This document shows positions 1 through 7,534 of a DNA stretch of 18,838 nt, one piece after another. The first letter of the stretch is position 1. The number at the start of each line of letters is the position of its first letter. The position numbers and the translations under genes are program-made. Source of the stretch: Candidatus Diapherotrites archaeon CG10_big_fil_rev_8_21_14_0_10_31_34 (GTDB taxonomy: Archaea; Iainarchaeota; Iainarchaeia; Iainarchaeales; 1-14-0-10-31-34); NCBI GenBank assembly GCA_002763225.1, contig PFAI01000049.1, positions 1 through 18,838 of the forward strand, read 5' to 3'. The notes below the pieces were generated by a model. It was not told where the DNA came from, ran no database searches, and saw only the letters and a program-made list of their open reading frames with translations.

Positions 1-85
1 TAATTTAATTCCATGGGGAATAGGAACAGCAATAATAATTGTTTCAACTGCATTAGCTTATGTTTTATTTACAGTTGATATTTAA
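1..85 (+). CDS. 3' end of a membrane protein (partial, runs off left edge)
   Basis: Frame 2 is open from the edge and reads NLIPWGIGTAIIIVSTALAYVLFTVDI, then TAA at 83-85. Hydrophobic TM-like C-terminus; its stop overlaps the AGGTGA RBS of the next gene. Confidence 0.55.
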   Translation, partial: NLIPWGIGTAIIIVSTALAYVLFTVDI

Positions 86-95
86 AGGTGAAAAA

Positions 96-392
96 ATGTT
101 TTTGAAAAATAAAAATAATATTCAGATAAGATTTACAGTTATTGCTTTAGTAATCGGGTTTATTGGAGGCTTTTTTTCTGTTGTGTATTTAGGAAGCACA
201 GGAAACCTGATTTTAGAGTTAAATCAAAAGCCCTGCTTTAAATACATCGGAGAAGACCCGAATGCGTTTTGCGATGAAAAAGGAAGTTTGCATACTTTTT
301 TTGAAGGAAACAATAAATTAGAAAAAGGATGGTATATTAACAGTGAATCAGATAAATGTGTTTCATGTAAAGAAGTTTTAGGAGGGAATTAA
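96..392 (+). CDS. small N-terminally membrane-anchored, Cys-containing hypothetical protein
   Basis: ATG at 96 follows AGGTGA (85-91), so it is preferred over ATG 60. TM segment FTVIALVIGFIGGFFSVVYLG, then a domain with 4 Cys. Confidence 0.65.
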   Translation: MFLKNKNNIQIRFTVIALVIGFIGGFFSVVYLGSTGNLILELNQKPCFKYIGEDPNAFCDEKGSLHTFFEGNNKLEKGWYINSESDKCVSCKEVLGGN

Positions 393-626
393 ATGGATTT
401 AAAAGAAAAAAGAATAGCAATGATTTTTGGAATGTTTTTTGTTGCAACATTAATTATAACTGTTACGTTTAATACCGGAGATGTTACAGGAGAAGCAGTA
501 AAACAATTTAATTCAACTAAAGAAAAAAGTATTTACTGTGAAAGCTTTTGCGATGAAGAATTAAGCAAAACAGTTTCAGCTTTTAACAGCTGGACTAACT
601 GCCATGAAGAATGCATGAAAAACTAA
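393..626 (+). CDS. small membrane-anchored/secreted Cys-rich hypothetical protein
   Basis: GGAGG RBS at ~381-385, directly coupled to the upstream stop. Basic N-terminus plus TM helix, VTGEAV after the TM, two CxxxC motifs (CESFC, CHEEC). Confidence 0.65.
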   Translation: MDLKEKRIAMIFGMFFVATLIITVTFNTGDVTGEAVKQFNSTKEKSIYCESFCDEELSKTVSAFNSWTNCHEECMKN

Positions 627-968
627 TTATTTTTCTTCTTTTGGTTTTTCAACTGCTTCAATTTTCTTTTTTAGTTTATTCATTTTGTCTATTGAAATGT
701 CTTCTTGTTTTTGAACTGTTTTAAGTCTTAATTCCATTGCTTCAACTTCTTCTGCTAATTCTTTTTTTACTTCAGTTACTGGAGTCTGAATCATAATGTT
801 TCCCACTGCTTTCAAGACTTTTTCTTCTTTTGTTTTGCTTATTTCTTCTAATGCATCTTTCAGCATTTTAGTCTGAAACTGAAGCTGTTGTTTTTGTGAA
901 GACAACTGCATTAATTGATTTCTTTGCCTTTCAAAATCAATTCTATCCTGTTGGTTTTCTAAATCCAT
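627..968 (-). CDS. pfdB: prefoldin beta subunit
   Basis: Coiled coil - beta hairpin (VLKAVGNIMIQ) - coiled coil architecture, 113 aa; canonical last position in the exosome superoperon; GGAGGT RBS. Confidence 0.93.
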   Translation of the reverse strand: MDLENQQDRIDFERQRNQLMQLSSQKQQLQFQTKMLKDALEEISKTKEEKVLKAVGNIMIQTPVTEVKKELAEEVEAMELRLKTVQKQEDISIDKMNKLKKKIEAVEKPKEEK

Positions 969-979
969 TGTTTTACCTC

Positions 980-1246
980 CTATTTGCTTAAATTATTAAA
1001 TAATATTAAGGGCTTCAAAACAGAGTTAAATGAAGCTCTTAAAGCAGTTTTATCTTTTGCTTTAATATTAATTAAAAAAACATTATTTTTAACTGTAATG
1101 CTTGTAACACTTCTTGCTTTAGAATCCATTACATCCATTGCTATTGCCTTTAACGCAGTTTCCGCTTTTTCTTTTGATTTAAATTCAATGCTTGCATCCA
1201 AAAAACAATTATAATTTTCTGTTCCTTCAATTGAATTTAAATCCAT
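980..1246 (-). CDS. pcc1: KEOPS complex subunit Pcc1
   Basis: RSVTSITV...INIKAKDKTALRASFNSVL matches the Pcc1 pattern; lies between rpoP and pfdB as in the conserved operon. Confidence 0.85.
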   Translation of the reverse strand: MDLNSIEGTENYNCFLDASIEFKSKEKAETALKAIAMDVMDSKARSVTSITVKNNVFLINIKAKDKTALRASFNSVLKPLILFNNLSK

Positions 1247-1256
1247 TAAAAAAACC

Positions 1257-1415
1257 TTATTCTGCTTTAACTTTCCTTAACACTGGCTGTTTTAGTTTGC
1301 TGATTATTTTGTATGCACATGAAGGGCATCTAAAAACTCCTTTAGGCATTTCATCAAATTTTTCCCCGCATTTTTCGCACTGGTATTTTCCTGAAGTAAC
1401 TTCTTTTTTAGTCAT
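1257..1415 (-). CDS. rpoP: DNA-directed RNA polymerase subunit P (Rpo12)
   Basis: Not in the ORF track. Manual translation MTKKEVTSGKYQCEKCGEKFDEMPKGVFRCPSCAYKIISKLKQPVLRKVKAE (52 aa) is a YxCxxCG...RCPxC zinc ribbon. ATGA overlap with the rpl37ae stop; GGAGG RBS at 1423-1427. Confidence 0.92.
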   Translation of the reverse strand: MTKKEVTSGKYQCEKCGEKFDEMPKGVFRCPSCAYKIISKLKQPVLRKVKAE

Positions 1416-1876
1416 TTTTTGTCCTCCTTTTTCTCTTCTTTTTTGTGTTCATGTTTTTGATCAAACTTTTTTGAAAAAGTTTGCATTCCTAAAACAGATT
1501 TTGCTTTGGTTAAAAGTTTTTCTTTTTTTGATTCTTTTTTTTCTTCACCTTTTTGTTCAACTTTTTCGGAAAAAGGTTGTTCTTTGATTTCGTTTAACTC
1601 TTCAATACCAGAAGAAAACTTTTTTTGTGAAACAATTTTTTTTATTAATGAACCAGTCATTGTTTCAGGAACATATGCTCCACCAGCAATTTGTTTATTG
1701 CATTTACTGCATTCATAAATTCCTGATGCTTTTCTTTTCAGTATTCCATGATTACAGTCAGGGCAGTTTTGTTTTTGTTTTTGCTGTAATTCAACTTTTA
1801 AAACTCTTTTTCTTATTCCTACCCCATATCTTGAACCAAATCTTCCTGTTGAATGAACTTTTTTTGTTTTGCTCAT
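1412..1876 (-). CDS. rpl37ae: 50S ribosomal protein L37ae (eL43) with long charged C-terminal extension
   Basis: TKKVHSTGRFGSRYG, CPDC...CSKC zinc finger, GGAY; roughly 70 extra K/E-rich residues containing two repeat-derived segments. Confidence 0.95.
   Translation of the reverse strand: MSKTKKVHSTGRFGSRYGVGIRKRVLKVELQQKQKQNCPDCNHGILKRKASGIYECSKCNKQIAGGAYVPETMTGSLIKKIVSQKKFSSGIEELNEIKEQPFSEKVEQKGEEKKESKKEKLLTKAKSVLGMQTFSKKFDQKHEHKKEEKKEDKK
1455..1483 (+). repeat. AT-rich TTTTG-hairpin repeat copy inside rpl37ae tail
   Basis: TTTTGATCAAACTTTTTTGAAAAAGTTTG; stem CAAACTTTTT/AAAAAGTTTG; encodes QTFSKKFDQK on the minus strand. Confidence 0.8.
1551..1579 (+). repeat. AT-rich TTTTG-hairpin repeat copy inside rpl37ae tail
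   Basis: TTTTGTTCAACTTTTTCGGAAAAAGGTTG, near-identical to the intergenic copies at 8551 and 9029; encodes QPFSEKVEQK. Confidence 0.85.
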
Positions 1877-1895
1877 TTTTTTCTCCCCTATAACT

Positions 1896-2010
1896 TTTTT
1901 CTTTTTTTACATCCTTTTTCTTTTTTTAGTTACGCCGTTTTTCTTTTTTTGTTTATATCATTTTTCTTTTTTTATTTATGCTATTTTTCTTTTTTTATAT
2001 CATTTTTCTT
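1896..2010. repeat. mini-array: five perfect 13-bp repeats TTTTTCTTTTTTT (plus a partial sixth) with variable 6-10 bp spacers
   Basis: Copies at 1896, 1915, 1938, 1961, 1984 and a partial at 2003; periods 19, 23, 23, 23, 19. Confidence 0.8.
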
Positions 2011-2777
2011 ATTTCTTTTGCTGCTTTAAATGCAATATCAATTGCATTATCTATGTCATCTTTTTTTAATGAACCAGAAATTCCTTTTTGGAAAGCAGAA
2101 ACAAAATTATCTTCTGTTGTTGCAACAGAAAATCTTGCCTGCATTGCAGTTTCTTCAGCCAAATCAGGATCTAAAACTAATGCATTTCCAATTTTAGCAA
2201 AAGTGCTAAGCAAAGGCTTTCTCTCTAATTTTAGTTTTCCTGAAAATTCTTCCTTAACAACTTTTCCGTCTTCTATTTTTGGAATTTTTGCTTGATTTAA
2301 TGCAGAGATTGCTGCAATAGAACATGCATCAAATAAATTCCCATCATAGTTGATTGCATAAATATCAACAAAACCAATTAATACTACTTCTCCTTCTTTA
2401 ACACATAATTTTTTGAAGTCAACTGCTTTTGATTCTCTAATGCCTCTGTCAACTACTCTGGCTAATTCAATTGAATCCATTGAAGGAGGCCCAGACTCAA
2501 AATAAGGTGAAGCCAAAGGAATTAATTCTGTTCCAACTGAAATTGTTCCTTCAGCAGGAGAATCAGGATACGGAGCTCCAGGAATAAATTTTACTCCTGC
2601 AATTACTTCAGTGTTTCCTAAAAAAACTTTTGCTGAGCCTTCAGCATTATGAAATAAATCTTTTTCTATTTTAATTTTCCTGTATTCATCTAATTTTCTT
2701 CCATCAGCTCTTTTTCCTTCTTTTAAATTATTTAAAATTTTGTCTGATTTTAATTCTAATAATACATCTTTTTGCAT
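1995..2777 (-). CDS. rrp42: exosome complex component Rrp42
   Basis: RADGRKLDEYR, NAEGSAKVFLGNTEVIAGVK, ELARVVDRGIRES, DGNLFDA: RNase PH fold. Confidence 0.96.
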   Translation of the reverse strand: MQKDVLLELKSDKILNNLKEGKRADGRKLDEYRKIKIEKDLFHNAEGSAKVFLGNTEVIAGVKFIPGAPYPDSPAEGTISVGTELIPLASPYFESGPPSMDSIELARVVDRGIRESKAVDFKKLCVKEGEVVLIGFVDIYAINYDGNLFDACSIAAISALNQAKIPKIEDGKVVKEEFSGKLKLERKPLLSTFAKIGNALVLDPDLAEETAMQARFSVATTEDNFVSAFQKGISGSLKKDDIDNAIDIAFKAAKEIRKMI

Positions 2778-2778
2778 T

Positions 2779-3660
2779 TTATTGCACCTCTGATTTAATT
2801 TCTTTTTCTTCAGTTTTAACTACTTTTTTTTCTGAAGAATGTTTTTCTTTTTTTGTTTCGTCCGAAGGACTGTTTTTGCTCAAGCTTTTGGAAAAAACTT
2901 GATTATCTTCTTTTTTTTCTGTAGTTTTTGTTTCTATTGGTTCCTTGAATTGCTGTTTTAATGCATTAATCTGGTGTTTTTTTACATCTTCTAATGCCTT
3001 TAAAGACATCTCATATGCTTCTTCCCATTCTTTTTTTGAAAAAAGCCCATCCATTTGCAATAAAACTATTTCTTGAGAGTTAGTCATCATTGCAATAGGC
3101 ATGTCAACTGCATCAGGAGCATCTTCTTCTTCTTTATTTAAATCAACAATTATTTTTCCGTCTGCTCTTCCAACTGCTACTGCTGTAACTAAATCTTTCA
3201 TTGGGATCCCTGCATCAGCTAAAGCAACTGAAGCAGCAGTTAAAACTGCAACTCTTGAACCAGCATTACTGTCTAATACCTGCGCCCAAACTTCTATTTG
3301 GGTATTAGGATATTTTTCCAGTAAAATTGCTTTTTCAAGTGCTTCCCCACAAACTTTAGATATTTCTATGTCTCTTCTTCCTGGTCTAGGGTTTTTTCTG
3401 TCTGGAACAGAAAAAGCAGCCATTCTATAAGTAAATTTTACTATTGCTTTTAAAGGGTTAGCCATGTGTTTTGGCAAAACTTCTCTTGGCCCTTGAACTG
3501 AAACCAAAACTTTGTTTATTCCCCACTCCAAATAACAAGAACCTTTTGCATTTTTTAATACTCCTGCAGTAATTTTTATTGGTCTTGTTTCATCTACTTT
3601 TCTTCCATCTAATCTTAATCCTTTTTTATTTACATATTCTTTTTTTTCCTCTTTTTTCAC
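2779..3660 (-). CDS. rrp41: exosome complex exonuclease Rrp41 with charged C-terminal extension
   Basis: RLDGRK, GPRE, YRMAAFS, RRDIEISKV, AGSR phosphate-binding motif, LLQMDG; GTG start; about 55-aa tail containing a repeat copy. Confidence 0.96.
   Translation of the reverse strand: MKKEEKKEYVNKKGLRLDGRKVDETRPIKITAGVLKNAKGSCYLEWGINKVLVSVQGPREVLPKHMANPLKAIVKFTYRMAAFSVPDRKNPRPGRRDIEISKVCGEALEKAILLEKYPNTQIEVWAQVLDSNAGSRVAVLTAASVALADAGIPMKDLVTAVAVGRADGKIIVDLNKEEEDAPDAVDMPIAMMTNSQEIVLLQMDGLFSKKEWEEAYEMSLKALEDVKKHQINALKQQFKEPIETKTTEKKEDNQVFSKSLSKNSPSDETKKEKHSSEKKVVKTEEKEIKSEVQ
2860..2901 (+). repeat. composite GC mini-hairpin + TTTTG-hairpin repeat inside rrp41 tail
   Basis: GTCC-GAA-GGAC (2860-2870) followed by TTTTGCTCAAGCTTTTGGAAAAAACTTG (2874-2901); encodes QVFSKSLSKNSPSD on the minus strand. 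Confidence 0.7.
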
Positions 3661-3666
3661 TTTTTT

Positions 3667-4278
3667 TCACCTTTTTTGTTTTGACAAAAATTCTGTCACT
3701 TTATTTGTTAGATTTGGCAAGTGCGCTTCTTCTTCAATAATTTTAATTGCTTTAAACAATAATTCAGTGTTTCCACCCTTAGCCCAAATTCTTCCGTTTC
3801 TGCCTATAATTAAATTGCAGTTTGTTCCTCGCCTTAATACTTCAAGCATTGAACCGTTTTTTCCAATCATTCTTGGAACTTTAACTGGAGAAATTTTTTC
3901 AATTTCCCCTCCATAAAAAACTCTTGGTTCAGCTAAATCTGCTTCATTTAATTCATTTACCCGTAAAACTTTAACTGAAACAACTGAACCTCTTTTTAGT
4001 GGTTCACGAATTCCTTCTTTTGACATAAACGACCAATGAAATGCCCCAATGTCAACTAAAAAACCTGAAAATAATTCTGATACAACTAAGCCAATCACAA
4101 TATCATTTTGTTTTGGCATATAAAATCCTTTTAATGCAACAACTGAAGCCATAGTGGATTCATTATCTGTTATTCCAATTACTTCTGAATAAATTTTTCC
4201 GTTTAAACTATAAACATTGTCTCCCATTTTTTTTCTTTGTTCTGTTACTACTTCACCTGGCGCAACAATTTTCTTCAT
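3667..4278 (-). CDS. rrp4: exosome RNA-binding cap protein Rrp4 (S1 + KH)
   Basis: IVAPGE N-terminus, YMPKQNDIVIG S1 domain, KH motif KVPRMIGKNGSM, IGRNGRIW. Confidence 0.95.
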   Translation of the reverse strand: MKKIVAPGEVVTEQRKKMGDNVYSLNGKIYSEVIGITDNESTMASVVALKGFYMPKQNDIVIGLVVSELFSGFLVDIGAFHWSFMSKEGIREPLKRGSVVSVKVLRVNELNEADLAEPRVFYGGEIEKISPVKVPRMIGKNGSMLEVLRRGTNCNLIIGRNGRIWAKGGNTELLFKAIKIIEEEAHLPNLTNKVTEFLSKQKR

Positions 4279-4289
4279 TTTTTCACTCC

Positions 4290-4982
4290 TTAATCCATTA
4301 TTTTTGACTCAATGTTTCCTTTAGTTAAATGATTTAAGTCATTCAATAAATCTTCTTTTGCTCCTGCAGGCAATTCAAGCACTGCAACTAAGCTTCCATC
4401 TGACTGCCATTCTTCCTGCTTTAAACCATATTTGTGTAAAACATGTGTGGCTTTTCCTGCGTGTTCTGCAGGAATCTTAAAAGCAATTTTAATTTTTTCC
4501 ATTGAAATCGGAATTAATTTCTTTATTTTACCCATTATTTCTGGAAGCTGCTCTTGAACTGTTTTCATTGGATCAACATGAATTTTTGCTTCCTCTAAAA
4601 TATTTTCAATTCGCTTAGGAGGATGAGGGGTTTTAGTCTGAGGATTAATTGCATTTCTTGAAATAAAATCAATTAACTCTTTTCTTCTTTGCTCTAACAT
4701 CTTTTTTCTTTGATCTGTGGTTAACTGAACTCTTCCGTCTCTGATTATTTTTTCTGCAACTTTTTCTATTTCAGTTGTGCCAAAAACTTTTGTTATTGTT
4801 TCAGGAGAAGCTTCAGTTCCTTTATTTGAATCCTTAAAAATTGTATCTATTGCCATTAATTGATTGAAATCAACTGTTTTTCCTTTCTTTAAATCCATAG
4901 ATAAATCTGGGTCAACAAGGATTTCAAATTTTTCCCCTTCTTTTTCATATCTTGCAATTACTGCATCACTAACTTTTACCAT
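4290..4982 (-). CDS. ribosome maturation factor SBDS/SDO1
   Basis: AVIARY, FEILVDP, QLTTDQRK, NPQTKTPHPPKRIE, EEWQSDGS; canonical position between psmA and rrp4. Confidence 0.95.
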   Translation of the reverse strand: MVKVSDAVIARYEKEGEKFEILVDPDLSMDLKKGKTVDFNQLMAIDTIFKDSNKGTEASPETITKVFGTTEIEKVAEKIIRDGRVQLTTDQRKKMLEQRRKELIDFISRNAINPQTKTPHPPKRIENILEEAKIHVDPMKTVQEQLPEIMGKIKKLIPISMEKIKIAFKIPAEHAGKATHVLHKYGLKQEEWQSDGSLVAVLELPAGAKEDLLNDLNHLTKGNIESKIMD

Positions 4983-5022
4983 AAAAAAACCATTTATAAA
5001 AGATAAATTTCTTTAAAAAAAA

Positions 5023-5757
5023 TTATTTTTTGTTTGAAGTGAAATTTACTAATTCTTCTTTTGCTAATCTCTTTAAGCTTGTTCCTTGCTCAATAAAAGC
5101 AAAATCAACTTTGTTTAAATCAAATTTTTCGTTTTCAGTAGCACTTGCTTTTAAAGCTGTAACCATTAAATGAACTGCTTCTTTTTTTGACATATTATCT
5201 TTGAATCCTGCTTCAAGTATTTTCATTGCTTCTTTTTTGTTTTTTCCAATTGCAACTGCCTTGTATTCAGCTAAAGCGCCTGAAGGTTCAGTTTCAAACA
5301 ATCTTTTTTCTCCTGTAGGATCAATGCCCCCAAAAATAAAACTTACTCCAAACGGTCTCATTCCCCCGTATTGAGTAAAAATCTGCATTATTGCAGCAAT
5401 TTTTTTCACTAAAGTTTCAACATGAATTTGTTCTCCATAATAAGACTGGTTTTCCTGGCTTTCCTGTCTTGCAATCTGAACTAATCTTCTTGCATCTCCA
5501 ACTAAACCAGAAGAGATAGCAGAAATATGATCATCAATTAAAAACAATTTTTCAACTGAAGCAGGCATAATCAAAGGACTTGAAACCCTTTTATCTGCTC
5601 CAAACAAAATCCCTTTATCATAAATAAAACCAATTCCTAAAGTACCTTGTTCTACAATTTTTGACGCGTACTCTACTTGATATAATCTCCCGTCAGGAGA
5701 AAACATTGTTGCCGCTCTATCATAAGCTGCTGTTGAGGCTTTAGAACCAGGATACAT
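5023..5757 (-). CDS. psmA: proteasome subunit alpha
   Basis: YDRAATMFSPDGRLYQVEYA signature, SGLVGDARRL, RPFGVS, LFETEPSG; AGGTGAT RBS at 5761-5767. Confidence 0.97.
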   Translation of the reverse strand: MYPGSKASTAAYDRAATMFSPDGRLYQVEYASKIVEQGTLGIGFIYDKGILFGADKRVSSPLIMPASVEKLFLIDDHISAISSGLVGDARRLVQIARQESQENQSYYGEQIHVETLVKKIAAIMQIFTQYGGMRPFGVSFIFGGIDPTGEKRLFETEPSGALAEYKAVAIGKNKKEAMKILEAGFKDNMSKKEAVHLMVTALKASATENEKFDLNKVDFAFIEQGTSLKRLAKEELVNFTSNKK

Positions 5758-5812
5758 TAAATCACCTATATTCTTTTTTTTTCTCTCTACTTAATTATTT
5801 AAATACAAATAC

Positions 5813-5822
5813 TTTTATAAAA
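5813..5822 (-). promoter_or_regulatory. candidate TATA box for an internal psmA promoter
   Basis: TTTTATAAAA in the rnp2-psmA intergenic region, about 55 nt upstream of the psmA ATG. Confidence 0.4.
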
Positions 5823-5828
5823 GGAACT

Positions 5829-6176
5829 TTAAAGGAAAGTTTTAGCTTTCTTTACAGTTCCAGAAGTCTTCAAAGTTCTGGGCAAAATCTTTACTCCATT
5901 TACTTCTTTTAACAAAAGAATTCCGGCTTTTAAATCTTCAACTGCAGTATGCCTGCATTTTAAAATTCCTTTCCTTGATTTTTCATCAAACCCAATAAAC
6001 TGATAATTCATTTTGCTTAAACCTAGTTCTCCAAACAATTTCAATAAAAGATTTTTCAAATCAAAAGAAACATCTCTTTCAAATAAAGTTTGTTCACTAA
6101 TTAATTCAAACACTAAATACCTTTTTTTGTCTCTCAGAGAAAGAGGAATTGGATTCATTGATTTTTTTTGATTCAT
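5829..6176 (-). CDS. rnp2: RNase P protein subunit Pop5/Rpp14
   Basis: SLRDKKRYLVFE, LFGELG, GILKCRH, TSGTVKKAK motifs. Confidence 0.92.
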   Translation of the reverse strand: MNQKKSMNPIPLSLRDKKRYLVFELISEQTLFERDVSFDLKNLLLKLFGELGLSKMNYQFIGFDEKSRKGILKCRHTAVEDLKAGILLLKEVNGVKILPRTLKTSGTVKKAKTFL

Positions 6177-6180
6177 TTTA

Positions 6181-6771
6181 TCATCTCACGCTTTCAAATT
6201 TTTTATCTAAAAAACTTTTAAAGGCTTCCAAATCTTTTACTGAACGCAGTTCATTAACTTCTTTTGCAAAAGAAACAACTCTTGAGTTTAATTTAAATTT
6301 ATTGCTTAATTTCAGCATAAAAACATAATTTTTTGTTAAAACAACTCTTTTAGAAAACTGTACATTCAGAAACTGTGAAAAAGGAATTAATATTTCTGTT
6401 TTATTTTCTTTTGCTGTTCTTGCAATAGCAGTATCAAAAGTTAATCTTCCTTCATTGCATGGGCTTATTAAAAAATCAATTTGTTTGTTTGAAACAGCAA
6501 ACTTATTTATTGAAACATTTCCCCCGAAAACACCAATAAACTCTGTTTTGTTTTTGAATTTATTTAATTCCTTTGAATTCTGATTGTAAAGCAAGTGACA
6601 GGTAAAAAAGTTAACCGGAAAATTTTCTTTTTTTATTGTTTCCTTTAAATCAGTTAATTCTTTTTCAGAAAAATTTCTGCATAAAACTACTTCATTGTTT
6701 CCAAGCTGTTTTTCAGTTTTAGCTAATTCATTCAATTCAAATGCTTTTGAATACAAAACAAAGTCTTTCAT
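6181..6771 (-). CDS. rnp3: RNase P protein subunit Rpp30 (divergent)
   Basis: NKFAVSNKQIDFL, FDTAIARTAKENK, SFAKEVNELRS resemble the Rpp30 TIM barrel; synteny rpl15e-rnp3-rnp2. Confidence 0.78.
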   Translation of the reverse strand: MKDFVLYSKAFELNELAKTEKQLGNNEVVLCRNFSEKELTDLKETIKKENFPVNFFTCHLLYNQNSKELNKFKNKTEFIGVFGGNVSINKFAVSNKQIDFLISPCNEGRLTFDTAIARTAKENKTEILIPFSQFLNVQFSKRVVLTKNYVFMLKLSNKFKLNSRVVSFAKEVNELRSVKDLEAFKSFLDKKFESVR

Positions 6772-6810
6772 TGAATTAATTCTGATAGAAAAAGATTTTA
6801 AATATAAAAT

Positions 6811-7410
6811 TCAGCCTTGTCTTTGGTTTGCTCTTCTGCTTGGCCTTACTTTGTGAGTTGTTTTTTTCTTGGATTTATGGCCTCTGGATTTTTTTCCTTC
6901 TGAAGTTAATCCTCTTTCTGCTCTTCCTCTGCTGTTTTTTTCTGTTAACCAATTTAAATCTTTGTCTGACTTGATTTCAGGAGCATTAACATCTACAAGA
7001 ATTACTTCAAAGTACTTGTGTTTTCCGTCTTCTGCAATCCAATAAGAATTCAATACTTCACAATTAGAATATTTTTTTGAAGCCCTTTGCTCTGCAATTA
7101 ATTGAATGCTTTTTCTTCTTGTAAGTTTTTTTAATCCCATTCTTTTAGGTCTTCTGGCTCTGTTTGGTCTTGTTTTTGTTCCTGAACCTTTTCTTACTCT
7201 GACTCTTACAACAATAATTCCTTTTTTTGCTTTATAACCCAAAGTTCTTGCTCTGGGCAGATTAGTTGGCCTGTCTAATTTTACTACAGACTGTTTTTCT
7301 TTTCTGAAACCAATTAACCTGTCTTTATACAGTTTATTATAGTCATACTCTGAGACTTCTCCAGAGAATTCTTTTTGAAAGGTTTCTTTTACTAATTTAC
7401 CGTAAGACAT
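6811..7410 (-). CDS. rpl15e: 50S ribosomal protein L15e
   Basis: RPTNLPRARTLGYKAKKG, LNSYWIAEDGKHKYFEVILVD, RGLTSEGKKSRG. Confidence 0.97.
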   Translation of the reverse strand: MSYGKLVKETFQKEFSGEVSEYDYNKLYKDRLIGFRKEKQSVVKLDRPTNLPRARTLGYKAKKGIIVVRVRVRKGSGTKTRPNRARRPKRMGLKKLTRRKSIQLIAEQRASKKYSNCEVLNSYWIAEDGKHKYFEVILVDVNAPEIKSDKDLNWLTEKNSRGRAERGLTSEGKKSRGHKSKKKTTHKVRPSRRANQRQG

Positions 7411-7534
7411 AAAATCACTTTAAAACTCTAAAAAATAAGTTAAAATGTAATAATAATTTTTCAACACAAGAGATTTTAAAGGTTATGTTAAGGCCTTCAA
7501 AAGACATAAAAAAACAAAGTGGTAAAATTATTAA

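Noticed and set aside
1896..2010. CRISPR array interpretation of the repeat-spacer pattern
   Set aside because: The repeat is 13 bp and low complexity, spacers are 6-10 bp and related to each other, and there are no cas genes.
984..2295. Plus-strand ORFs 984-1214, 1192-1587, 1506-1718, 1627-1893, 1869-2069, 1978-2295
   Set aside because: Phe/Leu/Ser-rich antisense shadows of K/E-rich conserved minus-strand genes and of the T-rich array; no motifs or RBS.
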